Shown: piece after piece, positions 55,063 through 63,460 of the stretch | How the letters are laid out: every line of letters begins with the position of its first letter | Position numbering within the stretch: the first letter of the stretch is position 1 | From: Acidimicrobiia bacterium | GTDB taxonomy: Bacteria > Actinomycetota > Acidimicrobiia > IMCC26256 > JAENVU01 | DNA: 64,000 bases | Assembly: GCA_025361725.1 (NCBI GenBank) | Contig: JANYJV010000081.1 | Span: forward strand, 5,963-69,962 | Direction of reading: 5' to 3' | The notes under the pieces: model-generated | Databases searched by the model: none | Told to the model about the DNA's origin: nothing | Seen by the model: the letters and a program-made list of their open reading frames with translations, nothing else | Translations under genes and position numbers: made by a program

Positions 55063-55560
55063 ATGGAGTGCTCGGTGCCCAGCTACGACAATCTCATCCA
55101 GGTAGCCCGGTCGGTGAAGCGCGACCTTGATCACGACTCGAAGGCCTTCCGGAGCTACGAACGGATGGAGCTCACGAGCCGGCTGCGAACGGTATCCGGC
55201 GAGCCCACGACGCGGATCAAGCTTTCGCTCGGGGCCGATCTCGAACGTGCCCTGAGCGACCAGGGACTCCGTTGCTACCCGCGTCTGACCGAAACGACGA
55301 CCGGCGATCGGATCCGAATCTTTCGCGCTGGGTCCACCGTCGGCGATCTCCTCGACGCGGTGTTGGTGCCTTCCCCAGATCACGATCGCCGGTTGGCGGA
55401 AGCGCTCAAGAAGTTCAAGGGAACGTGGGAATGGGATCGCGGCTCCCATACGGGCGCCTCAGAGACGACAGCGGCCGAACTGTTCGCCAAGCTCCTGCCG
55501 CGTGGAGAACAGCTCGAGTATGTGCGGTCACTCGACGACCCCGACCTCGCGACGACGTGA
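55063..55560 (+). CDS. Hypothetical protein (no recognisable domain)
   Basis: The 165-aa ORF sits directly after the only strongly AT-rich stretch in the window (55031-55062, containing TATACT 6 nt before the ATG). Its stop overlaps the next start (GTGA). Confidence 0.5.
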   Translation: MECSVPSYDNLIQVARSVKRDLDHDSKAFRSYERMELTSRLRTVSGEPTTRIKLSLGADLERALSDQGLRCYPRLTETTTGDRIRIFRAGSTVGDLLDAVLVPSPDHDRRLAEALKKFKGTWEWDRGSHTGASETTAAELFAKLLPRGEQLEYVRSLDDPDLATT

Positions 55561-56006
55561 TCCTGCTCGATGATCATTTGGTGCGCGATCTCGTAGCGGG
55601 TGAGTTGCCAAGCGAAGTCGAGGAACCTGAGGAGGAATTCGCGACGACGAACCTCTGGCTTGTGCGCTTGGCCGGCGCCCTCACGCGGCAGGGGATCTCG
55701 AGCTCGCTATCGGGAAGCATCAAGGGGCTCGGTGAAGCCGACGCGATGCGATTCCGTCAACACTTGACCGAGCGGGTGGAACTCCTGACGGTGTTGCCCA
55801 TGCGGGACATCGTGTGGTCGATTGCCGAACTCCAACAGCGTCACCGAGAAGCCGGTCACCTGCTCAGTACTGCGATGGCCGAGGTCCTTGCGGCCGCGCA
55901 TGCGCTCGGTGCCACGATCGCCGTCGCCGAGGATGACGTTGGGCCAGGGCTCCAAGCCGCGGCCGCGGCTGACGACATCTCGTTCCGCATCGTCGCTCGT
56001 GGATAG
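55557..56006 (+). CDS. Hypothetical protein, weakly PIN-domain-like
   Basis: GTG 55557 opens VILLDDHLVRDL..., and the C-terminus reads AAHALGATIAVAEDD. This loosely resembles PIN motifs (N-terminal LLD; C-terminal A..g..l.T.D). The call is weak. Confidence 0.4.
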   Translation: MILLDDHLVRDLVAGELPSEVEEPEEEFATTNLWLVRLAGALTRQGISSSLSGSIKGLGEADAMRFRQHLTERVELLTVLPMRDIVWSIAELQQRHREAGHLLSTAMAEVLAAAHALGATIAVAEDDVGPGLQAAAAADDISFRIVARG

Positions 56007-56054
56007 CTGAGGCATTCCAGGGCGTCTCACCGCTGTGGCGAGCCCGCATCGTGC

Positions 56055-56403
56055 TCACAACCGTGATGCGGTTGTGGCCACGCTGGCGACTGACGCGCCG
56101 AGCACTTCGTCGACGGCTTCACGGGTCAGGTCATCGCTGTCCGGCCAGAGGTGTGCGTAGGTGTCGAGAGTCTCGCTGGCGCTCGCGTGTCGGAGAGGCG
56201 TCGGACCCAGCCCTTCCCAGGGTGGGCGTGACGTTCGCGATCGGGTGGCTGCCGAAGGTCGGCAAAGCGTGACGCTCCATATGCGACTCGACCTGAGCGC
56301 GGGAGGACGCGACCTTCCGCTGACCGGGCGCGACGCTTGACGCCCCACGCTCAAGGGACATCAATGGACGCCTGAGTGATCGTGCCTCACCCGACCCGCA
56401 CAC
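56055..56403 (-). pseudogene. Tyrosine-recombinase (phage integrase) remnant with large internal deletion and frameshift
   Basis: One frame encodes a core-binding-domain-like segment, AQVESHMERHALPTFGSHPIANVTP. Another encodes the extreme C-terminus, LRHASASETLDTYAHLWPDSDD (catalytic Tyr motif). The catalytic R...HxxR region is missing. Confidence 0.6.
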
Positions 56404-56974
56404 CTTCGGCGATCTGCTGAAGTTGCGCGTCGTCGAATCTGAGTCCGGTAACGGACATCACGGCGTCTTGATCCACAACCCAGAAGAGCGACCGCCAACC
56501 GAGGGGATCGGAGTACGCGATGCCGGGCTGATCATGGACTCGAGTATCCGTCGGCGGCGGAAGCGAGATCCCTGCTTGTTGGCTCTGAGTGACGAGATCG
56601 GCAGCGAGCGCACGCTTCTCGGCGAGCACCCGGACTCCAACACCGTGCCCTGTCGTCAGGTTCGTCGTGAGGGTCGGGGCGAGCCCAGAGGCTGAAAACC
56701 ACCGGATGTGCGCAATCCCGCCGGTCGGAGTTGGTAGCTCCTTCCTCCGAATCTCAACGAGAGACGCCGGTAGTCGAGCCGGCTCGTAGGTGCTGACACC
56801 CGAATCGGCCTTGGCAGTTGGTGCCGAGGGCAAAGGGTTGGTTGCGGCCGTCGGCTCCACCCGGCCGACTTTGGCCGCCGTTTCCGTCCCGCCACAGGAG
56901 CCGACGAGAAACCCGGTGACGACGACCGCGGCCAAGAGCGGGCCGCGCCTCGATGCGCAGAGATGTTGCGGCAT
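56387..56974 (-). CDS. Hypothetical lipoprotein
   Basis: It has a signal peptide with the lipobox FLVGSC. No other recognisable domain is present. Confidence 0.55.
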   Translation of the reverse strand: MPQHLCASRRGPLLAAVVVTGFLVGSCGGTETAAKVGRVEPTAATNPLPSAPTAKADSGVSTYEPARLPASLVEIRRKELPTPTGGIAHIRWFSASGLAPTLTTNLTTGHGVGVRVLAEKRALAADLVTQSQQAGISLPPPTDTRVHDQPGIAYSDPLGWRSLFWVVDQDAVMSVTGLRFDDAQLQQIAEGVRVG

Positions 56975-57129
56975 TCCAACCGCCCTTCCCGTGAGGCCGG
57001 AGCGTCACGAGCGTATTGGACAAAGGTCTTTGGCGGATAGTGCGGGTCTTTCGTGTCTCTTGACGCCACGTCCGTCGAAGCGAAGCGCGGACCCGGCGTC
57101 GGCGGAAATCCCTTCGGGGCCTTGATGCC

Positions 57130-57145
57130 CGCAGCCACGAAGGCT
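57130..57145. repeat. Direct repeat copy 2, CGCAGCCACGAAGGCT (candidate attR)
   Basis: An exact 16-nt match to 54971-54986. It lies in the gap between the lipoprotein start and the MFS stop. Confidence 0.6.
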
Positions 57146-57170
57146 CTCTCTGCAATCACAGGAGCAGCGA

Positions 57171-58460
57171 TCACTCCACCGAACTGATCGGGGATTTCGC
57201 CGGTGGAGGATGGGTTTCGTACATCCGAACTGCGACGACCAGGCCCGATGCAGCGGTGAGCGCAGCGACCGTCCAGATCGCCGCTTCGATGGAGACGAGG
57301 TCGGCGACGATGCCGGCGAGGAGGGCGCCGACGGCGAACCCGGCGTCGCGCCAGAGTCGGTAGATGCCAACGGCTCGCGCCCGCCAGGCGGGATGTGCGA
57401 CATCGCCGATCGCAGCCAGCAGGGTCGGGTAGACCATCGCAGTTCCGGCACCGAGGACCGCGGCCCCGACCGCCCACGCAGTGAAGCCTGTCGTCATCGC
57501 GATCCAGCCGATGGCGACGGCTTGGGTGAGCATGCCTCCGGCGATGAGTCGTTTCCGTCCGATGCGGTCCGAGAGCCCACCGGTGTAGAGCTGGCCGAGG
57601 CCCCAGATCGCGGGGTAGATCGCAGCGAGGAGGCCGATGCGGCCGATGGAAAGCCCGGCGCGGGCGAAGAAGATCGGAAACAAGCCCCACGCGAGGCCGT
57701 CGTTGAGGTTGTTCACCAGACCGGCCTGCGAGCACGACGACAATGCCTTCTCGCGAAACGACGTCAGCCTGAAGACCGCGCCTGTCGATAGCCCTTCGCG
57801 GAGTCCATCGTGCGCGGCGGTGTGGTTCGCGGCTTCGTGACGCGCGTGCCCTCGGGTCTCGCGAACGAAGAGCGTCGACAGGCCGAGTCCGAGGCCCGCG
57901 TACGCGACTCCGAGAAAGAACGGTGCGGGTCGCAGTCCGTGTTGTTGTGCGATGTAGCCGGTCGCGAACGCGGTGACCGCGACCGCGCCGTACCCGGCGG
58001 CTTCGTTGAGTCCCATCGCGAAGCCGCGTCGCGCGGGACCGACCAGATCGATCTTCATGATCACGGTCGTTGACCAGGTCAGGCCCTGGTTGATACCCAG
58101 CAAGACGTTGGCGAACACGATCCAACCCCACGACGGGGCCCACATGAGAAGAAAGGGGATCGGCACGCCGACGATCCAACCGGCGACGAGCACGGGCTTG
58201 CGACCGTACCGATCCGACAGGGTGCCGGCGAAGAAGTTCGTCGCCGCCTTCACTGCGCCGAACGCGACGATGAACGTGAGGGTGGCGGTGAACGCGTTGA
58301 GGTGAAACTCGCGCGTCGCGAGGAGGGGGAGGACCGTGCGTTCTTGGCCGATCATCCCGCCGACGAGGGCGTTGACGCCGACGAGCAGTGAGAACTGCGC
58401 GAGGTTCTCGCGTAGCCCGAGACGGATCGGCGTCCCGCGCTCGGCTGCGTTGATGGTCAT
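57171..58460 (-). CDS. MFS transporter
   Basis: The internal ATG overlaps the upstream stop (ATGA). It has 12 TM helices and the MFS motif A-like segments GTLSDRYGRKP and GGLSDRIGRKR. Confidence 0.85.
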   Translation of the reverse strand: MTINAAERGTPIRLGLRENLAQFSLLVGVNALVGGMIGQERTVLPLLATREFHLNAFTATLTFIVAFGAVKAATNFFAGTLSDRYGRKPVLVAGWIVGVPIPFLLMWAPSWGWIVFANVLLGINQGLTWSTTVIMKIDLVGPARRGFAMGLNEAAGYGAVAVTAFATGYIAQQHGLRPAPFFLGVAYAGLGLGLSTLFVRETRGHARHEAANHTAAHDGLREGLSTGAVFRLTSFREKALSSCSQAGLVNNLNDGLAWGLFPIFFARAGLSIGRIGLLAAIYPAIWGLGQLYTGGLSDRIGRKRLIAGGMLTQAVAIGWIAMTTGFTAWAVGAAVLGAGTAMVYPTLLAAIGDVAHPAWRARAVGIYRLWRDAGFAVGALLAGIVADLVSIEAAIWTVAALTAASGLVVAVRMYETHPPPAKSPISSVE

Positions 58461-59803
58461 TCGAGGGCGCGGCCGGTGGCACTTGCCCAATCTTCGGGCC
58501 CTCCCGCGAGCACGGACACCGCGGTGTGTCCATGCGCGCTGAGAATCGACGCGGCGGTCATGGCGCGTTCTCCGTGACCGCACATCACCGTGACCGGTCC
58601 ATCGGGGAGCGTGCTTGCGGAGCGGTGCATCTGGCCGAGTTCGATGTTGATGGCGTCGGGTAGGTGGCCGGCGAGGTATTCGTTGTCTTGGCGGACGTCG
58701 ATGACCGTGGACGCGATCGCGCTCGGGTCGACGAGTTCGATTCGTTCCTCGGCGATGCCGGCCGCTCGTGAGGCGTCCATGCCGCCGTCCAGTTCACCGG
58801 CGAGGTTCTCGTAGCCGACGTTCAGGCATTGGCGAACGAGCTCGGCGCGATTCTGATCGGCGTTGAGGACGAACACGAGAGGTCGGTCGGGTTCGACGAG
58901 CCAGCCGAGCCAACTCGCGAACACGGGTCGGAGTTCGATCGACAGCGCGCCGGGGAGGCGACCGGCCGCGAAGTCTTCGATCGGACGGACGTCGACGAGT
59001 GCCGCGCCCTTGGCGATCAGCGCATCGAGGTCGGCGATGCTGACGCGCTCGAGCGGAGGCGGGGTGCGATAGAGACGTGGTCCGCGCCGGTTCACTTCGG
59101 GCAGACGTGAGAAGTAACTCGGGAACGAGCCGAAGCCGGCGGTGAGTTGCGCGACGAAGGTGTTCTCGTCGCGTTCGCTCAACAGGGGATTGGTCGCTCG
59201 TTCGTGTCCGATGGTGGTCGTGCGCGCGGATGCACCCGGTGCGGAACAGAATGAGCCGGCTCCGTGGGTGGGGTAGACGGCAAGATCCTCCGGCAGGGTG
59301 AGGATCTCGTCGCGGAGCGCGCGGAATAGCTGGCGGGTGAGGTCGTCGCGCGGCGCCGGGCCGAGGAGGTCGGTCCGACCGACCGCTCCGACCATGAGCG
59401 AACCACCGCTGAACAACGCGGTCGGCTGTCCGCGCTCACAGAGGAGGTAGGCGAGGTGGTCCGGTGTGTGTCCCGGGGTCGCGATCGCGCGCAACACCAC
59501 GTCGTCGCGGAGTTGAATCTCGTCGCCGGCCGCGACGTCGCAGTGCCCAACCTCCAGGTGAGCACCCTGCGAGGCGAGAAACGTCGCACCTCGTGCCGCA
59601 AGTTCGGGACTGCCGGAGACATAGTCCGCGTGAGAGTGCGTATCGGCGGTGAACGCGATTTCGAGGCCGCGCGCACGCGCCGCGGCAAGGTGATCCTCGG
59701 GCAGGCGGGGTGGGTCGACGACCAGCGCGCGGCCGTCGCCCAGATCGACGAGATACGACGAGTGACCAAGGCCCTCGTCGACGAACGCGACGATGTCGAT
59801 CAT
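58457..59803 (-). CDS. MBL-fold hydrolase fused to two rhodanese domains (CstB/Blh-like persulfide dioxygenase-sulfurtransferase)
   Basis: The internal ATG (MIDIVAFVDEGLGHSSYLV) overlaps the upstream stop. The metallo-beta-lactamase motif is TADTHSHADY, with ATPGHTPDH. The two rhodanese domains are ALVDVRPIEDFAAGRLPGA (no Cys loop) and VIDVRQDNEYLAGHLPDA, which has the active-site loop VMCGHGERA. Confidence 0.85.
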   Translation of the reverse strand: MIDIVAFVDEGLGHSSYLVDLGDGRALVVDPPRLPEDHLAAARARGLEIAFTADTHSHADYVSGSPELAARGATFLASQGAHLEVGHCDVAAGDEIQLRDDVVLRAIATPGHTPDHLAYLLCERGQPTALFSGGSLMVGAVGRTDLLGPAPRDDLTRQLFRALRDEILTLPEDLAVYPTHGAGSFCSAPGASARTTTIGHERATNPLLSERDENTFVAQLTAGFGSFPSYFSRLPEVNRRGPRLYRTPPPLERVSIADLDALIAKGAALVDVRPIEDFAAGRLPGALSIELRPVFASWLGWLVEPDRPLVFVLNADQNRAELVRQCLNVGYENLAGELDGGMDASRAAGIAEERIELVDPSAIASTVIDVRQDNEYLAGHLPDAINIELGQMHRSASTLPDGPVTVMCGHGERAMTAASILSAHGHTAVSVLAGGPEDWASATGRALE

Positions 59804-60261
59804 CGACGCGGGACCGTCGTCGCCAATGAGGCGAGTGCGCTGAGTGATTCGGGCAGTTCGTGCCGGCGCAGCTGGCGACCGCGTACTTTGACGAGGAGCA
59901 CTCTTCGCCAGAACGTGGCGGGATGCAGTCCAAGCGACACCGTGACGGCGCATCCGTCAGGCGCGTGGTCGACCTCCCAGGTCCAGTCGGCGTAAGACGG
60001 ATTGCCGTCGTCGGTTTGCGAACGGTACATGAACCGCCGCATCGAGGCGTCGAGTTCGACCACGGTCGAGCGGCTTGGCCACGTCTGGCCGAGCGCGGAG
60101 AGTTCGACGACCCATTGACACCCGGTCGTCAGCTGTTCGGGCGCCTCGACGAACCGGACGATCTTGTGGTTCCACTCGGGAAGGCGCCGGGGTTCGGTGA
60201 GAAGTCGGAACACGTCGTCGGGATCGGCGGGGATCGTCCGGGTTGCGGTGTAGTCGCGCAT
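59800..60261 (-). CDS. SRPBCC (START/polyketide-cyclase-like) family protein
   Basis: The sequence RTIPADPDDVFRLLTEPRRLPEWN is a typical SRPBCC N-terminus. It is the first gene of the three-gene minus-strand operon. Confidence 0.7.
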   Translation of the reverse strand: MRDYTATRTIPADPDDVFRLLTEPRRLPEWNHKIVRFVEAPEQLTTGCQWVVELSALGQTWPSRSTVVELDASMRRFMYRSQTDDGNPSYADWTWEVDHAPDGCAVTVSLGLHPATFWRRVLLVKVRGRQLRRHELPESLSALASLATTVPRR

Positions 60262-60309
60262 AAGGCCTCCTCGCGGTTGGTGACGACATCTTCCTCGAAC
60301 TCACGCGTA

Positions 60310-60339
60310 TTGTCAAGTAGTTGCTTGAAGACTTGACAA
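60310..60339. promoter_or_regulatory. Inverted repeat TTGTCAAGT-N12-ACTTGACAA in divergent promoter region
   Basis: It has perfect 9-bp arms. It lies between the SRPBCC start (60261, minus) and the ArsR-rhodanese start (about 60360, plus). Confidence 0.45.
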
Positions 60340-60359
60340 AGAGTGAGCTTGATCGCACA

Positions 60360-61040
60360 ATGGCACCCATGAGTGATCGAGAAGCCAAAGCCGCTCTCTT
60401 CGACGGGTTCGCCGAAGTCGCGAAGGCGTTGGCCAGCGGGCGCCGGGCCGAGATCGTCGATCTACTGGCCCAGGGTGAGCGCTCGGTTGACGCAATCGCC
60501 GGTGAGATCGACCAGAGCGTTGCCAACACGTCGCATCATCTCCAGGCTCTGACCCGAGCCGGGTTGCTGTCGAGTCGACGCGAAGGAACCCGCGTGTTCT
60601 ATGCGTTGGCGAGCGCGCGCGTTGGCGAGCTCTGGGCTGCGGTACGAGACGTCGCTGCAGAACACGTCGCGGGTATCGATCGGCTCGCGGCCGCATATGT
60701 GGGGGATCGCGGAGATCTCGAGGCGATCACCCGCGATGAACTCGCGAGACGTCTCCGGCGCCGCAATGTCGTGGTGCTCGATGTTCGACCGACCGCCGAG
60801 TACGCCGCCGGTCACATTCGCGGCGCGCGTTCGCTGCCTCCGGACGAGGTACGCGCGCGCTTGCGCACCATCCCCAAGGACGCTGAGATCGTGGCGTACT
60901 GCCGCGGGCCGTACTGCGTCTACGCCGACGACGTCGTCCGTGCCCTGCGCCGCCGGGGGATCCACGCCCGCCGCCTCGAAGACGGGTTCCCTGAATGGAA
61001 CCGCGCGGGCCTCCCTATAGCAGTCGGCACAGGAGGCTGA
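60360..61040 (+). CDS. ArsR/SmtB-family regulator fused to a C-terminal rhodanese domain
   Basis: The HTH is RRAEIVDLLAQGERSVDAIAGEIDQSVANTSHHLQALTRAGLL. The rhodanese domain is VLDVRPTAEYAAGHIRGA, with the loop AYCRGPYC. Start candidates are 60321 (TTG), 60360 and 60369. Confidence 0.8.
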   Translation: MAPMSDREAKAALFDGFAEVAKALASGRRAEIVDLLAQGERSVDAIAGEIDQSVANTSHHLQALTRAGLLSSRREGTRVFYALASARVGELWAAVRDVAAEHVAGIDRLAAAYVGDRGDLEAITRDELARRLRRRNVVVLDVRPTAEYAAGHIRGARSLPPDEVRARLRTIPKDAEIVAYCRGPYCVYADDVVRALRRRGIHARRLEDGFPEWNRAGLPIAVGTGG

Positions 61041-61043
61041 AAG

Positions 61044-61826
61044 ATGACCGAGGACCTCGTGGTCGACGTCGAAACGCTGCGCGAACAAGTGCGCGAGAAG
61101 TACCGAGAAGTCGCGGTCGCGCCGCACGCCGAGTACCACTTCCACGCCGGCCGTCCACTCGCGCGCAAGCTCGGCTACGACGCTGCCGTTGTCGATGCGT
61201 TGCCCGATCCGGCGGTTGAGTCCTTCGCCGGAGTCGGCAATCCGTTCTCGCTGCGCACGATCGTCCCGGGGGAGCGCGTCGTCGACGTCGGCTCGGGTGC
61301 CGGCTTCGATTCGTTCGTCGCGGCTGCATTTGTTGGTGCCGACGGACGCGTCGTCGGGATCGACATGACCGCCGCGATGCTCGCCAAATCGCGTTCGACC
61401 GCCACCCAAATGGGTCACACGCACGTCGAGTTCCGCGAGGGCTTCGCCGAAGCGCTACCAGTCGAGGACGGCTGGGCCGATGTTGTCATCTCCAACGGCG
61501 TGATCAACCTCTGCGCCGACAAACGAGCGGTGTTCGGCGAACTCAACCGCGTGCTCCGCCCCGGAGGCATCCTGCAGTTCGCCGACATCGCCAACGGCCG
61601 CCCGGTCCCGCCAGAGGCCTTACGCGACATCGACCTCTGGACCGGCTGAATCGCCGGAGGGCTGCCCCGTGCGGGCTGGCAGAAGATGCTCGAAGACGCA
61701 GGCTTCACGGACGTGCAGATCGGCCCACCGGTCGACACTTTCGCCGGCGCAACCGGTGAAGAGAAGGCACACGCCTATGAAGTGTTCGGTTACGCGTTTC
61801 TCGCCCGCAAACCCGAGAGGGACTGA
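61044..61826 (+). CDS. ArsM/UbiE-like SAM methyltransferase with in-frame TGA (61647-61649) at the conserved Cys position; conventional ORF ends at 61649
   Basis: Motif I is VVDVGSGAGFD, with GIDMT, VVISNGVINL and LRPGGIL. Then DLWTG-TGA-IAGGLPRAGWQKMLEDAGFTDVQIG continues in the same frame to TGA 61824-61826. Confidence 0.7.
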
Positions 61827-61828
61827 GC

Positions 61829-62060
61829 ATGACCACCGCGAAGATCGGACTCGTCCTCGACTGTGCGAACCCCGAGCAACTCGCCGAGTTCTGGGCGCCT
61901 GCACTGGGCTACGTGTCGCTGGGCAGTGCCGGGAACTACGTCGTGCTCGTCGACGAAGCGAACGCGCAGCCCAGCTGCTGCTCCAGCGAGTGAGAGACCG
62001 GGGCACCCGAGAGCGGCTGAGCGGCTCCGCGACAGCCCACATTCAGGTAACTACGAAAGG
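61829..62060 (+). pseudogene. Glyoxalase-like (VOC) domain N-terminal remnant, frameshifted
   Basis: The frame reads MTTAKIGLVLDCANPEQLAEFWAPALGYVSLGSAGNYVVLVDEANAQP, then stops at 61991. The next frame continues QLLLQRV.... The domain is not completed before the next gene. Confidence 0.4.
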
Positions 62061-62070
62061 AAGCGATTCG

Positions 62071-62883
62071 ATGAATCCGAACAAGGCACTTTGGGAGAAG
62101 GGCGATTTTACTCGCATCGCCGCGAGCATGCGCGAGAGCGGCGAGGCGCTCGTCAAGGACTTGAACATCACCAGCGGGCTCAAGGTCTTGGATCTCGGAT
62201 GCGGTGATGGAACGACAGCAATACCGGCTGCTCGTCTCGGCGCCGACGTGTTGGGCGTCGATATCGCGAGCAACTTGGTCGCGGCCGGGAACCGACGCGC
62301 CGAGGCCGAGGGGTTGACGAACTGCCGGTTCCAAGAAGGGGACGCGTCGGACTTGCACGATCTGGGGGATGACTCGTTCGACCTGGTCGTCAGCATGTTC
62401 GGAGCGATGTTCGCACCGAAGCCGTTCGACGTGGCCAAGGAAATGGCGCGCGTGACGCGGCCCGGTGGCCGGATCGTCATGGGTAACTGGATTCCCGGCG
62501 ATCCGACGCTCGTCGCGCAGATCTTGAAGATCAGTGGCGCGTACGCACCGCCCCCGCCCGAAGGCTTCATCAGCCCCGTGACGTGGGGCGTCGAAGCCAA
62601 CGTCGTCGAACGCTTCACCGGCGCGGGAGTACCGGAAGAGAAGATCTCGTTCGCCCGCGACACATACAACTTCAACTACCCGGAGCCACCGTCCGCCCTT
62701 CTCGCTGCATTCCGCACCTACTACGGGCCGACGATGAATGCGTTCGAAGCGGCGGACGCGAACGGTCGCACCGCCGATCTGCAGAACGAGTTGGAAGCGC
62801 TCTTCAACAGCCAGAACGCGAGCCCGAGCAACGACACCACCTCCATCCCGGCAACGTTCCTCCGGGTCACGGTCGCTCCCTGA
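62071..62883 (+). CDS. Class I SAM-dependent methyltransferase
   Basis: The ATG is preceded by GAAAGGAAG. Contains VLDLGCGDGT (motif I), DLVVSMFGAMF and TRPGGRIVMGNW. Confidence 0.8.
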   Translation: MNPNKALWEKGDFTRIAASMRESGEALVKDLNITSGLKVLDLGCGDGTTAIPAARLGADVLGVDIASNLVAAGNRRAEAEGLTNCRFQEGDASDLHDLGDDSFDLVVSMFGAMFAPKPFDVAKEMARVTRPGGRIVMGNWIPGDPTLVAQILKISGAYAPPPPEGFISPVTWGVEANVVERFTGAGVPEEKISFARDTYNFNYPEPPSALLAAFRTYYGPTMNAFEAADANGRTADLQNELEALFNSQNASPSNDTTSIPATFLRVTVAP

Positions 62884-62896
62884 GGTCGCGGACACG

Positions 62897-63460
62897 ATGC
62901 CTCCGGATCGGGTGACGAACGATCAGCAGCAGCACTGGTCCAGCGTGTTCGCTGACAACCCGGACATGTACGGGACGCATCCGAGCGAGCCCGGGTGTTT
63001 CGCGGTTGACGTGTTTCTACGCGACGCATCCCGCGACGTGCTCGAACTCGGTGCCGGGCATGGACGTGACACGATCGCGTTCCTGAAGGTTGGTCTGCGC
63101 GTCACGGCGCTCGACTACGCCGCTGACGCCCTTCGCTGCATTCGGGAGAGAGCCGTTGGGCTTGGAGTGGCGGAGACATTGACAACGGTTGTTCATGACA
63201 TTCGCGAGCCGCTGCCGCTGACCGCCGAAAGCGTCGACGCGGTCTATTCGCACATGTTGTTCAACATGGCGCTCAGCACGCGGGAACTTGACGCGCTCAC
63301 CGCCGAAGTGCATCGCGTGCTGCGGTCTGGTGGGTTGCACATCTACACGGTTCGCCACACCGGAGATCCGCACTACGAGACTGGCGTCTCGCGAGGCGAC
63401 GCGATGTTCGAACACGGCGGGTTTGTGGTCCACTTCTTCGACCGGCCGTTGGTCGATCGG
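62897..63460 (+). CDS. SAM-dependent methyltransferase (TehB-like size), 3' end apparently replaced by IS sequence
   Basis: Contains VLELGAGHGRD (motif I) and LRSGGLHIYTV. After ...VHFFDRPLVDR the frame reads on, antisense through the transposase gene, to 63922. The true end is uncertain by about 15 nt. Confidence 0.6.

Noticed and set aside
50112-62060. The idea that the VOC C-terminal fragment (50112-50290, minus) and the VOC N-terminal fragment (61829-62060, plus) are two halves of one gene split by an 11.7-kb inversion.
   Set aside because: The 50-kb fragment carries its own N-terminal-type motif (VVVECDDP) and is still coupled to its downstream partner. It is better explained as an independently decayed paralog. 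No inverted repeats mark the supposed breakpoints.
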